Source: an uncultured Verrucomicrobiota bacterium
GTDB taxonomy: Bacteria; Verrucomicrobiota; Verrucomicrobiia; Limisphaerales; AAA164-E04
DNA: 64,000 nt
Direction: 5' to 3'
Assembly: GCA_964342825.1 (NCBI GenBank)
Contig: CAYFHO010000009.1
Location: 13,292 to 77,291 of the forward strand
Below the pieces are notes generated by a model that was not told the DNA's origin, searched no databases, and saw nothing but the letters and a program-made list of their open reading frames with translations. This document shows, in pieces, positions 1 through 9,189 of this stretch (within the stretch, counting starts at the first letter, position 1; every line of letters starts with the position of its first letter). Made by a program: the position numbers and the translations under genes.

Positions 1-1535
1 GAGCCCTTGAAATTTTGATGCCAGCATTGCAACCACCAGAGATATGGAAAGAAAGCGGCAGATATGAAACCGCCAGTGATGTTCTATTCAAAGCAAAGGA
101 TCGATCTCAAAGGGAATGGGTGCTGGGGCCAACTCACGAAGAAGTCGTAACTACACTGGCTGCTTCCGAGGTGAGTTCATACCGTCAATTACCCAAGAAT
201 TTTTATCAGATTCAAACTAAATTCCGTGATGAAATCCGCCCTCGCTTCGGGCTCATGCGTGCTCGCGAGTTCATCATGAAGGACGCCTACAGTTTTGATG
301 TTTCTGACGATGCGGCACAGACCAGTTATCAATCCATGTTTGATGCTTATGTTCGAATTTTTGAGCGATGCGGACTAAAAGCGCTTCCAGTTGAAGCGGA
401 TACAGGGGTGATTGGCGGCAAGTTTTCACACGAATTCATGGTTCCGGCTGAAGTCGGAGAGAACGATGTTGTGTATGTCGAAACAGGTGAATATGCGGCC
501 AATGTGGAAAAAGCGACCAGTGGTTTGAAAAGTCCTCTGGATGATTTGGAACCAGTTGAAATATCGAGTTTACCTGCTGTTGAGAAGTTTGAGACTCCTG
601 GGGTCAAGACGATCGATGCGTTGGCCAAGGAACCCTACAATGTTCCATCCAATCGCCAGATCAAGACGATGGTCTATGTGGTGGAAGACAAACCGGTTAT
701 CTTTCTGTTGTTGGGAAATGATCAGTTGAATGAAGCCAAAATCGCTGGAGTTTTGGGAACGACTCAGTTCCGACAGGCAGAAGCAGAGGAAATCAATCAG
801 TGGCTTGGAGCCTACCCTGGTAGTCTGGGAGCTGTGGGAGTCAACGATATTCCAGTTTATGCAGACCGTTTCCTGGAAGGAGGATACGGTTTGACCACCG
901 GTGCCAATGAAAATGGCTTTCACGTGCGCAATGTATCGGTCGCTCGAGATATCCAGGTCAAAAAGTTTGCCGACCTGCGAACTGTTCAAAAGGGAGAACC
1001 CTGCCCTGTTACCGGCAAGCCATTAAAGATCCAGACCGCGATTGAAGTTGGGCATGTTTTTAAGTTGGGCTCAAAATATAGCGAAGCCATGAACGCGACC
1101 TATTTGGATGAATCCGGCAAATCCAACCCCTGTATCATGGGGTGCTACGGTATAGGGGTCACCCGCACTCTTCAAGCGGTCATTGAACAATGCCATGATG
1201 AACAAGGCATCCATTGGCCTGTATCCGTGGCTCCTTATGTAGTCTGCATCACCCAATTGGGCAACAAGCCTGAAAGTGAAGTGATGAAAGTGGCAGAATC
1301 CCTTTATGCACAGTTAACTGATGCTGGTGTTGACGTCATGCTTGATGACCGTGATGAACGCCCTGGAGTGAAATTTAAAGATTCAGAGCTTGTTGGTTTT
1401 CCGATAAGGATCGGAATCGGAGACCGTTCCCTGGCCAGCGGAGAGATTGAAGTCAAACCCCGAGGTGGAGAACTTATAAAAGTGAAGGTCGAGAAAGCCG
1501 TTGCTCACGTGCTCGATTGGATCAAATCTCAGTAA
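1..1535 (+). CDS. proS: Proline--tRNA ligase (5' end truncated by window edge)
   Basis: Motifs LGPTHEE, FRDEIRPRFGLMRAREFIMKDAYSF, EVGHVFKLG, MGCYGIG; INS editing domain and anticodon-binding domain. Frame is open upstream of position 15. Confidence 0.97.
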   Translation, partial: ALEILMPALQPPEIWKESGRYETASDVLFKAKDRSQREWVLGPTHEEVVTTLAASEVSSYRQLPKNFYQIQTKFRDEIRPRFGLMRAREFIMKDAYSFDVSDDAAQTSYQSMFDAYVRIFERCGLKALPVEADTGVIGGKFSHEFMVPAEVGENDVVYVETGEYAANVEKATSGLKSPLDDLEPVEISSLPAVEKFETPGVKTIDALAKEPYNVPSNRQIKTMVYVVEDKPVIFLLLGNDQLNEAKIAGVLGTTQFRQAEAEEINQWLGAYPGSLGAVGVNDIPVYADRFLEGGYGLTTGANENGFHVRNVSVARDIQVKKFADLRTVQKGEPCPVTGKPLKIQTAIEVGHVFKLGSKYSEAMNATYLDESGKSNPCIMGCYGIGVTRTLQAVIEQCHDEQGIHWPVSVAPYVVCITQLGNKPESEVMKVAESLYAQLTDAGVDVMLDDRDERPGVKFKDSELVGFPIRIGIGDRSLASGEIEVKPRGGELIKVKVEKAVAHVLDWIKSQ

Positions 1536-1551
1536 ATTGAAATTACATTCC

Positions 1552-1592
1552 ATCCCTGCCAGATCGTTAAAAATCTAGCAGGGATATTTTTT
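1552..1592 (+). terminator. Intrinsic terminator after proS
   Basis: Hairpin atccctgc(c)agat / atct(a)gcagggat followed by atttttt. Confidence 0.7.
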
Positions 1593-1595
1593 ATC

Positions 1596-2792
1596 TCACC
1601 GACCAACGTAGCGAATTCGGTAAATCTTGTGTTTGTTGTCGTCGGTAAAGAGGATGGAACCGTCGGGTGCCTGTTCACAGTCGGTGGGGCGCCCGAGAAC
1701 TTCAGTGCCATCTTTCAAGAAGTTCACAATTTTCTGCTCTCCATAAGGGTGTCCAAACTCAAACAGAATTCTCGAAACGCAATAACCCACTTTCTGACTC
1801 GCATTCCAACCACCTTTGTATGCGACAAATGCATCCCCATGAGCACCAGGAATGCCATTTCCTTCATAAAACAACATTCCATTGCCGGAGCAGTGTGCAG
1901 GCATCACCCATTCAGGGATAATCGTTTTTGAGGCCATCTCGATGAGGTCAGGATGGTCGAGGAAATTCAGGTTTGGCATGTTTTTGCCCAGGATATAGGG
2001 ATGTCCATAGAATCCGCCTTTGACGTAATGATTCAATTCGGCTGGAGGATTGTGGTCGGTAATGGGTTGGCCAAATTGTGGGTGCTTTGATTCGAGCTTA
2101 AGTGCGAGAGTATCAATGTCGTGATCCACACCCCATACCTCATCGGTACCTGGTCGGATGCAAAGTTCTTCTGTATTCCGAATGCCAGTGGCAAAAAGAG
2201 ATTTTCCTGAACCATCCAGGTTGAATGTCCAGATTTTCTTACGATCATTCTCTAAAATAGGCTCATCGGTGGCGTTCGTCTGATCTCCAACATGTGTGTA
2301 GATCACATCATTATGAATCAGGAGAGCACGCCATTTGTGCCCTCCTCCCGTAATTGGCAATAAATCTTCACCTATGACTTTGATAACTTCATCCGCCCGT
2401 CCGTCATGATCTGTATCTCGGGATTTATAAATGGATGCCATATCGGCAAACCAAAGCCAACCTTTGTAAAACTGCATGGCTTGCAATATTTTACCTGACT
2501 CATATCCCTCGACATAAGTCGTTAATTTTTCATAACGCCCATCTCCATCTTCATCACGACAGGCCTTGATCATCCCTTTACTTGGAACACTTACATATAG
2601 GGTGTCCTTGTTATCAAACTCCATGAATCTTGGTTTTTTGATCGTGCTTTCGACAACCGTTAATTCAAAGCCGGGCCGAACCCACACTCCCTCAGGCACA
2701 CCATTCTGACCAGTTGTCACATTAGTGAGCAACAAAGTCAGAATCATTGAGGAATGAAGCCAATATTTCGATTTGGTACGGGGAATTTGCAT
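1596..2792 (-). CDS. Secreted PQQ-dependent sugar/sorbosone dehydrogenase-family beta-propeller protein
   Basis: Signal peptide; motifs FATGIRN, GGFYGHPY, GRPTDCEQAPDGSILFTDD typical of the GSDH/sorbosone dehydrogenase family. Confidence 0.8.
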   Translation of the reverse strand: MQIPRTKSKYWLHSSMILTLLLTNVTTGQNGVPEGVWVRPGFELTVVESTIKKPRFMEFDNKDTLYVSVPSKGMIKACRDEDGDGRYEKLTTYVEGYESGKILQAMQFYKGWLWFADMASIYKSRDTDHDGRADEVIKVIGEDLLPITGGGHKWRALLIHNDVIYTHVGDQTNATDEPILENDRKKIWTFNLDGSGKSLFATGIRNTEELCIRPGTDEVWGVDHDIDTLALKLESKHPQFGQPITDHNPPAELNHYVKGGFYGHPYILGKNMPNLNFLDHPDLIEMASKTIIPEWVMPAHCSGNGMLFYEGNGIPGAHGDAFVAYKGGWNASQKVGYCVSRILFEFGHPYGEQKIVNFLKDGTEVLGRPTDCEQAPDGSILFTDDNKHKIYRIRYVGR

Positions 2793-2894
2793 GATGGAAA
2801 TGTTAGGGAAACCTTTTGGAAAATCAAGAGAGATGCTTTATCAAACGAAATACCCTAATCACTTGGTTGGGTAAAGGCACTCAACGACAATCTA

Positions 2895-3308
2895 ATGAAT
2901 CAGTCACCTTATCTGTTTGTCTACGGGACTTTGATGTCTGGGATGCAAAATCCCTATGCAAAGACCATTGCGCAATCATCCGATTGCCTGGGCGACGCAA
3001 CAGCTCAAGGCTTGCTTTTTGACTACAAGGGAGAATACCCCTGTGCGGTTTCAAGTCCTCGGAAAGAAGATACAATAGTAGGTGAACTCTATCGTTTACA
3101 CAGCCCGTCAGATGTTTTCGGTGATCTGGATTATTACGAAGACTGTGTTTTTGAAGAACCTCATCATTCCTTGTTTGTCAGGTGCATTGTACCAGTGAAA
3201 CTTGCCACTGATGGATCGTCACATTTTGCCTGGATGTATTTCTGGAATCGATCCGTTGAAGGGATGAAACAGATCTTTGGAGGCGATTTCCGCAATCATT
3301 GTCGCTAA
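2895..3308 (+). CDS. Gamma-glutamylcyclotransferase (GGCT/AIG2-like) family protein
   Basis: LFVYGTL, GELY, LDYYE, AWMY motifs. Confidence 0.88.
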   Translation: MNQSPYLFVYGTLMSGMQNPYAKTIAQSSDCLGDATAQGLLFDYKGEYPCAVSSPRKEDTIVGELYRLHSPSDVFGDLDYYEDCVFEEPHHSLFVRCIVPVKLATDGSSHFAWMYFWNRSVEGMKQIFGGDFRNHCR

Positions 3309-3371
3309 ACGGTTGATTGGCTTTGGTAATCCAATTATAAAGCCCTGCAATTTGAACATAACTGAAATGGC

Positions 3372-4271
3372 ATGAGTATACTTATCGTTGGTACCACCGC
3401 ATTGGACTCCATCAAAACACCACACAGCGAAAACCCTCGTCTTCTGGGAGGATCGGCAAGCCACGCAGCGGTTGCCGCAAGCTTTTTCTCGCCTGTAAGT
3501 CTCTTAGGTGTGGTAGGCGATGATTTCCCTGAAGAATATATCGAGCTTTATAAAAAGCATGGAATTGACCTGACTGGTTTGGAAAAAGCAGCCGGAAATA
3601 CCTTTCACTGGGAAGGTGAGTATGAGGTCAATATGAATAACAGGCAGACACTCGAAACCGATCTGGGTGTCATTGAAGACTGGATGCCTGCTGTGTCGTC
3701 TCCTCTGGATGAGAAAGAATTTATCCTTCTGGCCAATTGTGCCCCCCAACTTCAGCATCATGTGTTGAAGCAGATGAAACGGCCCAAATTTGTGGTGGCA
3801 GACACGATGGATTTGTGGCTCAACATTGCCCGCCATGAATTGGAACAGTTACTCAAGGATGTCGATTGCCTGGTGCTCAATGATAGTGAGGCTCGGCAGT
3901 TCATGGAAGAAGACAATGTGGTCGTGGCCGCTCAAGCCATGCATAAATTCGGCCCCAAATATGTCATCGTCAAAAAGGGTGAACATGGTGCCATTCTCTC
4001 AGGTCCCAAAGGGCTCTTTATTGCACCAGCATTTCCGCTGGATAAAGTGATCGACCCAACTGGTGCCGGAGATTCATTCGTGGGTGGTTTGGTGGGTTAC
4101 CTTGCGAGCCACGGAGGTGACATCGAAACCAATTTACGCCAGGGAATCATTCACGGTTCGGTTACCGCTTCATTTTGCTGTGAAGGATTCGGCCTGGCAT
4201 CCACCACAACGACGACTCGTGATGGCATCAACAAAAGGGTTGAAGCATTACGAAATTTGGTTGCTTTCTGA
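3372..4271 (+). CDS. PfkB/ribokinase-family carbohydrate or nucleoside kinase
   Basis: LGGSA, VKKGEHG, DPTGAGDSF PfkB signature. Confidence 0.92.
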   Translation: MSILIVGTTALDSIKTPHSENPRLLGGSASHAAVAASFFSPVSLLGVVGDDFPEEYIELYKKHGIDLTGLEKAAGNTFHWEGEYEVNMNNRQTLETDLGVIEDWMPAVSSPLDEKEFILLANCAPQLQHHVLKQMKRPKFVVADTMDLWLNIARHELEQLLKDVDCLVLNDSEARQFMEEDNVVVAAQAMHKFGPKYVIVKKGEHGAILSGPKGLFIAPAFPLDKVIDPTGAGDSFVGGLVGYLASHGGDIETNLRQGIIHGSVTASFCCEGFGLASTTTTTRDGINKRVEALRNLVAF

Positions 4272-4321
4272 TATTAAATCACTCGCTTCTGCTTCAATGC
4301 TGGAGAAACGGTGATGATCAA

Positions 4322-5194
4322 CTATGATTTAAGGTTTAACAACTCAGCTGGGTGATCGGTCAACCCCAGGTTGCGCCCGCCTTCCCAGGCAGGTTGCAAT
4401 TGTTGATTCTCCCAATAACTGGCCCGATACAGGGTGGCAAATGAGTAATCCGGAGCGGCTTCCCCCTGCCCTCCCACCAGTTCGGAACCTCTGCGGACAT
4501 TGTCCTGCATCCATGCCGGATGCAGGAGGTGGAAGGGGTTGCGGGTTACTTCACCGATATGAAAAGAAGTTCCGGTCACCATCTCGGTGACATCTTCTTC
4601 GCTGGAGGCCACCATCAAATTGGGATTTGCCATGGCACCCCAATACTCGGTTTCAATAACACATGTCCTGAAATCAGATGGTGCCTTCGCCAATGCATCC
4701 ATTACCAGCCAGTGGACTCCAATATGTGTTGAATTCCAGTCGGTCAAATGAGGAACAAAAATTACGGCTGGCTGTTGTGCAGATAGAATCTGCCAAATGG
4801 TCTCCACATCATTCGCCCAGGAATCAGGATCATTGGTACGCCTTTGATCATTGACGCCTTCCAGACCTCGATCTCCAATTTGAACCAGTCCGAACCCCAT
4901 GTAATCACAAGCGGCTCGCAGTTCCTCCAGACGTGCCTCCTGGCGATCTCGATTACTACCCTGGGTTACCGCTACATTGATCACTCGAATCCCAGCCTCC
5001 TTCAGTAGCCTCAAAGCCAAACCGCCAATGATACATTCATCATCCGGGTGTGGTGAAAAAATCAAGGCTCGGGGAGCACTCTCGGAAATCGCTGGCCTGG
5101 GTGGCCGATCATATCCACCATTTGGAAATGTTTTGCCTTCCCGAAAGGCCTTGGCATAGCCCGAAACCATGGTTGCATAGGGATTTGTGCTCAT
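4322..5194 (-). CDS. PIG-L/LmbE-family deacetylase
   Basis: SPHPDDE metal-binding motif, TQGS, RLEELRAAC. Confidence 0.85.
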   Translation of the reverse strand: MSTNPYATMVSGYAKAFREGKTFPNGGYDRPPRPAISESAPRALIFSPHPDDECIIGGLALRLLKEAGIRVINVAVTQGSNRDRQEARLEELRAACDYMGFGLVQIGDRGLEGVNDQRRTNDPDSWANDVETIWQILSAQQPAVIFVPHLTDWNSTHIGVHWLVMDALAKAPSDFRTCVIETEYWGAMANPNLMVASSEEDVTEMVTGTSFHIGEVTRNPFHLLHPAWMQDNVRRGSELVGGQGEAAPDYSFATLYRASYWENQQLQPAWEGGRNLGLTDHPAELLNLKS

Positions 5195-5229
5195 GCGTTT
5201 AAACTTTCTGTGGAAAAAAGATTTCTGGG

Positions 5230-5835
5230 TTATTTCCGATAATGCGAGAGGAAACCGGGCTCGGATCCGACCAGATCCGCCTTCCTCTGTTCCGCTAACA
5301 ATTGGCCGAAGACATGCAGGTCTCTAGCCATTCCTTTGAGACGCTCTTTCAATTTTTCGGATGATACCAAATCATTGTCGACATCCGTTTTATCTTCAAA
5401 ACTCACACCATAAGGCAGTGACCAGGCATAGCACTGCCGCATGACAGTTCGCATCTGATCATGCACCGTCAAACCTTTTTCATGAGAACCAACGATACTA
5501 CCAAACAACTTGCCTGCGAATTCGGTCCAAAAGTGATCCAGAAAATTCTTCAATGCGCTACTCATGCTTCCGTGATAATCGGGAGTTCCCAGGACAATAA
5601 CATCGGCAGCTTTGACTTTTGATTTCAGCGAAGAATAAATGTCTCCACCAAAAGCAGTCTGAACATCAAACAGCGGTAGATTTTCCTCCGCATAGTCAAA
5701 GCGCTGGACTTGACAGCCTCGTTCTGACAGTAGATCTCCAAGATGATTCACAACGGTTCTGGTGGTAGATTTTGCACTTCGGTTGCCAATTACCAATAGA
5801 ACATTCAAGACACTGGAAGTTTTTTGATCAGTCAT
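5230..5835 (-). CDS. NADPH-dependent FMN reductase
   Basis: GTPDYHGSMSSALKNFLD flavodoxin-like FMN_red motif. Confidence 0.88.
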   Translation of the reverse strand: MTDQKTSSVLNVLLVIGNRSAKSTTRTVVNHLGDLLSERGCQVQRFDYAEENLPLFDVQTAFGGDIYSSLKSKVKAADVIVLGTPDYHGSMSSALKNFLDHFWTEFAGKLFGSIVGSHEKGLTVHDQMRTVMRQCYAWSLPYGVSFEDKTDVDNDLVSSEKLKERLKGMARDLHVFGQLLAEQRKADLVGSEPGFLSHYRK

Positions 5836-5923
5836 ATTTCACTGCATTCCATCATGTCGTTAAAAGTCATTCAAGAAAGTTCATTGACCTCCAGCAGCGC
5901 TTTATTCAATCTCAAATCAATTC

Positions 5924-7315
5924 ATGATGAAACTCGACCAGTCAATCATCGAACAACTTCGAGCATTGGTGGGAAAAAGGGAAGTTCTCGATCAAAAAGA
6001 GGATCTGATCCCCTACTCCTTTGATGGCACAGCCGCCCTGAAAGAATATCCAGGGTGTGTCGTGTTTGCTCAAACCACCGAACAGGTCTCAGAGGTGTTG
6101 AAGCTTGCAAATCGAGAAGGAGTTTCAGTTGTCACAAGGGGATCGGGTACCGGTTTGAGCGGGGGGAGTTTGCCTACGGAAAAATGCATTGTCCTATGTA
6201 CGGTTAAAATGAACCAGATTCTAGAGCTTGATCAAGCCAACCTGACCTTATTGACCGAGCCCGGCGCAACGACATTGGCTATAGCTGAAGCAACTGAAAA
6301 AGCAGGGCTGTTTTATCCGCCGGATCCAGGTTCCATGAAAATATCCACCATAGGGGGAAATGTCGCAGAGAATTCGGGAGGTCTCAGAGGCTTAAAATAC
6401 GGAGTGACTCGCAATTATGTCATGGGTATGGAAGTGGTTTTGCCCGATGGAGAGATTTGCTGGATGGGTAATAAATGTGTAAAGGATGTAGCGGGTTATT
6501 CTCTGAAAGACCTGTTCATTGGATCCGAAGGCACCCTTGGAGTCATCACCAAAGTCCTGCTCAGGCTGATACCCAAACCTCAGGCGAAAAAAACGATGGT
6601 GGCAACCTTTCAGCAGATGGATCGGGCAGCTGAAACGGTTTCGGCCATCATTGCCGCTCAGATCATACCCTGTACCCTAGAGTTTCTGGACCGCACCACG
6701 ATTCATTGTGTCGAGGATTTTGCAAAAATCGGCCTCCCCCTGGACTGTGAAGCTCTCCTTTTAATTGAAACAGACGGGCATCCCGCGGTGGTTCAGGAGG
6801 AAGCGGAAAAAATGGAAGCCATTTGCAGAGAATATGGCTGTATGGAAATTCGTGTTGCCAAAGATGATGTTGAAGCTTCCAAGCTGGCCAGTGCTCGGCG
6901 AAGTGCTTTTTCGGCATTGGCTCGCCTTTCCCCTACGACGATACTAGAGGATGCAACCGTTCCCAGAAGTGAGCTTGGGCATATGATCAGATATGTGGCA
7001 TCCGTCGCTGAGAAATACAATTTGAGAGTAGGAACTTTTGGTCACATGGGTGATGGAAATTTGCATCCGACTTTTTTAACGGATGAACGAAATTCCGATG
7101 AAATGCACCGAATAGAGGAAGCATTCGAAGAAATATTCAAGGAAGCCATTCGCCTGGGAGGAACCATCACTGGAGAACATGGCATAGGCATCGCCAAGAA
7201 AAGGTTCCTACCTGAATTTGCAGGTCAGGCTCAAATGAAAATCTTACATGAAGTTCGAAAGGCTCTGGATCCAAAGGGAATTTTGAATCCTGGAAAAATT
7301 TTTGATCCAGCATAA
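5924..7315 (+). CDS. glcD: Glycolate oxidase/2-hydroxyacid dehydrogenase FAD subunit
   Basis: RGSGTGLSGG, YPPDPGS, GLKYGVT, GHMGDGNLHP, TGEHGIG, LNPGK. Confidence 0.85.
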   Translation: MMKLDQSIIEQLRALVGKREVLDQKEDLIPYSFDGTAALKEYPGCVVFAQTTEQVSEVLKLANREGVSVVTRGSGTGLSGGSLPTEKCIVLCTVKMNQILELDQANLTLLTEPGATTLAIAEATEKAGLFYPPDPGSMKISTIGGNVAENSGGLRGLKYGVTRNYVMGMEVVLPDGEICWMGNKCVKDVAGYSLKDLFIGSEGTLGVITKVLLRLIPKPQAKKTMVATFQQMDRAAETVSAIIAAQIIPCTLEFLDRTTIHCVEDFAKIGLPLDCEALLLIETDGHPAVVQEEAEKMEAICREYGCMEIRVAKDDVEASKLASARRSAFSALARLSPTTILEDATVPRSELGHMIRYVASVAEKYNLRVGTFGHMGDGNLHPTFLTDERNSDEMHRIEEAFEEIFKEAIRLGGTITGEHGIGIAKKRFLPEFAGQAQMKILHEVRKALDPKGILNPGKIFDPA

Positions 7316-7333
7316 AACAAGTTTCTTAATGTC

Positions 7334-7801
7334 ATGACAACCCGACCATTAACACCGTCCCCGACCCATGCCCAATTTGATCGATTGGCCGGCTTTGCCT
7401 CTTCCTTCTCCATGGGAGCCGTGGCCGCGTTCATTGCATCCTTGAAGCAGATCAATCCAACTTTGGAATTCCATGTAGGCCTGATGACCCTTCTAAGCTT
7501 CATTGCTTGTTTTGGCATCACATGGTGGGTGCATCACGTTATATTTGATGACAAACGAGCTTCTATCGACCCTAAACGTCGCCAGAAAACTTTACTCTTT
7601 TTTGGGGTTTCTTCCATGATGGCGGTGTTGAGTTGTATGGGATTTGCTTTGAAAGGTATTTCACACACCAAACTCAAGGACGTTGGATTTGGGGTCGTGA
7701 TTGCTGCGTTCTTTATCGCCATAGCGGCATTTTTCTTTTTCAAAGTGGTAGGTTTTCTGCAACGAGACGAACAAAACAATTCTTTAAACCGAGATTCTTG
7801 A
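7334..7801 (+). CDS. Hypothetical membrane protein (about 4 TM)
   Basis: Four hydrophobic segments; tightly spaced between glcD and glcF on the same strand. Confidence 0.7.
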   Translation: MTTRPLTPSPTHAQFDRLAGFASSFSMGAVAAFIASLKQINPTLEFHVGLMTLLSFIACFGITWWVHHVIFDDKRASIDPKRRQKTLLFFGVSSMMAVLSCMGFALKGISHTKLKDVGFGVVIAAFFIAIAAFFFFKVVGFLQRDEQNNSLNRDS

Positions 7802-7818
7802 ATCGTTGAGATTTTGAC

Positions 7819-9189
7819 ATGTCCAACATCACACCCGTAACAACTCAAGAAAGTCCAATTGATTCACACCTGAAAGGATTGGATTATTCGGTTGTGCAAC
7901 AATGTATGCATTGCGGGTTGTGTTTGCCCACTTGTCCCACCTATGAATTGACAAAACTTGAAAGGCATAGCCCAAGGGGACGAATCTCTTTGATGCGGGC
8001 GATTGCTGATGATGAATTGGAAGTATCCGAGAGTTTTGCTGATGAGATGTATTATTGCCTTGGATGCCTTGCATGCATGACTGCTTGTCCTGCCGGAGTC
8101 AATTACGCCGAACTTTTTGAACACGCTCGGGCTGAGGTTGAATCTGCGAACATCCTGCGATCTCCAAAACGCTCCCTCATCCGAAGACTGACCATCCATT
8201 GGCTGTTTACAGATCAGAGAAGACTTCAATTCCTTGGTGCCCTGATAAGACTCTACCAGATATCGGGAATACAGGGATTCATTCGGACAACAAGGTTGAC
8301 TCGGTTCCTTCCCAAAAGGTTGCAAGACCTGGAAAAAATGACTCCGAGTATTCAATCAAAATTTTCTCATGAACTGGTGGACACGGTCACTCACCCCAAG
8401 GGCGAAAAAAAATATCGTGTCGCCCTGCTCACGGGGTGTGCGCAGGACCTGATCTTCAGCGATGTCAATCTCGATTCCGCCGAAGTTCTCTCACGCAATG
8501 GTTGTGAGGTCATTACTCCGCCTGAACAAAATTGTTGTGGCTCGCTGCATGCCCACAATGGAGAGTGGAGTCTGGCTCAAATGATGGCCCGAAAGATGAT
8601 CGACCAATTTCCCCCGGAATCATTTGATGCGATTATCACCAATGCCGCCGGCTGTGGGTCTCATCTCAAACATTTTAAAGGACTACTAAAAGATGATCCA
8701 GCCTACGCATCAAAAGCAGTACTTTGGGATCAGAAGATAAAAGATATACACGAATGGATGGTGATGACAGGCTGGGATTCGCCTCAATTTCAAACTGACC
8801 AGGAGCAGATCGTCACCTATCACGAAGCCTGTCACCTGGTGCACGGTCAAAAAATCAGCTCGCAGCCCAGACAAATTCTGCAATCCATTCCGGGTTTAAA
8901 ATTAAAGGAGTTGCCTGAGAGTACCTGGTGCTGTGGAAGTGCTGGCGTGTATAACATCGTCCAGCCGGAGACCGCCGAACTCCTTTTGCAAAGGAAGTTG
9001 GATCATATCGAGTCCACAAAAGCCGAGATCATCGCCACAGGAAATCCGGGATGTCTGCTGCAAATTTTAAACGGTGCCCGTGAACGAGGACTTTCAATTA
9101 AAGTCAAACATCCAATCACATTGCTTGCAGAGGCATACCGATGCGAAACTCATAAAAACCCCAAAAAGCCATGTCCTGAATCCCTATGA
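7819..9189 (+). CDS. glcF: Glycolate oxidase iron-sulfur subunit
   Basis: CMHCGLCLPTCP and CLGCLACMTACP 4Fe-4S motifs, SPRGRI, two CCG domains (CCGSLH, CCGSAG). Confidence 0.88.
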   Translation: MSNITPVTTQESPIDSHLKGLDYSVVQQCMHCGLCLPTCPTYELTKLERHSPRGRISLMRAIADDELEVSESFADEMYYCLGCLACMTACPAGVNYAELFEHARAEVESANILRSPKRSLIRRLTIHWLFTDQRRLQFLGALIRLYQISGIQGFIRTTRLTRFLPKRLQDLEKMTPSIQSKFSHELVDTVTHPKGEKKYRVALLTGCAQDLIFSDVNLDSAEVLSRNGCEVITPPEQNCCGSLHAHNGEWSLAQMMARKMIDQFPPESFDAIITNAAGCGSHLKHFKGLLKDDPAYASKAVLWDQKIKDIHEWMVMTGWDSPQFQTDQEQIVTYHEACHLVHGQKISSQPRQILQSIPGLKLKELPESTWCCGSAGVYNIVQPETAELLLQRKLDHIESTKAEIIATGNPGCLLQILNGARERGLSIKVKHPITLLAEAYRCETHKNPKKPCPESL

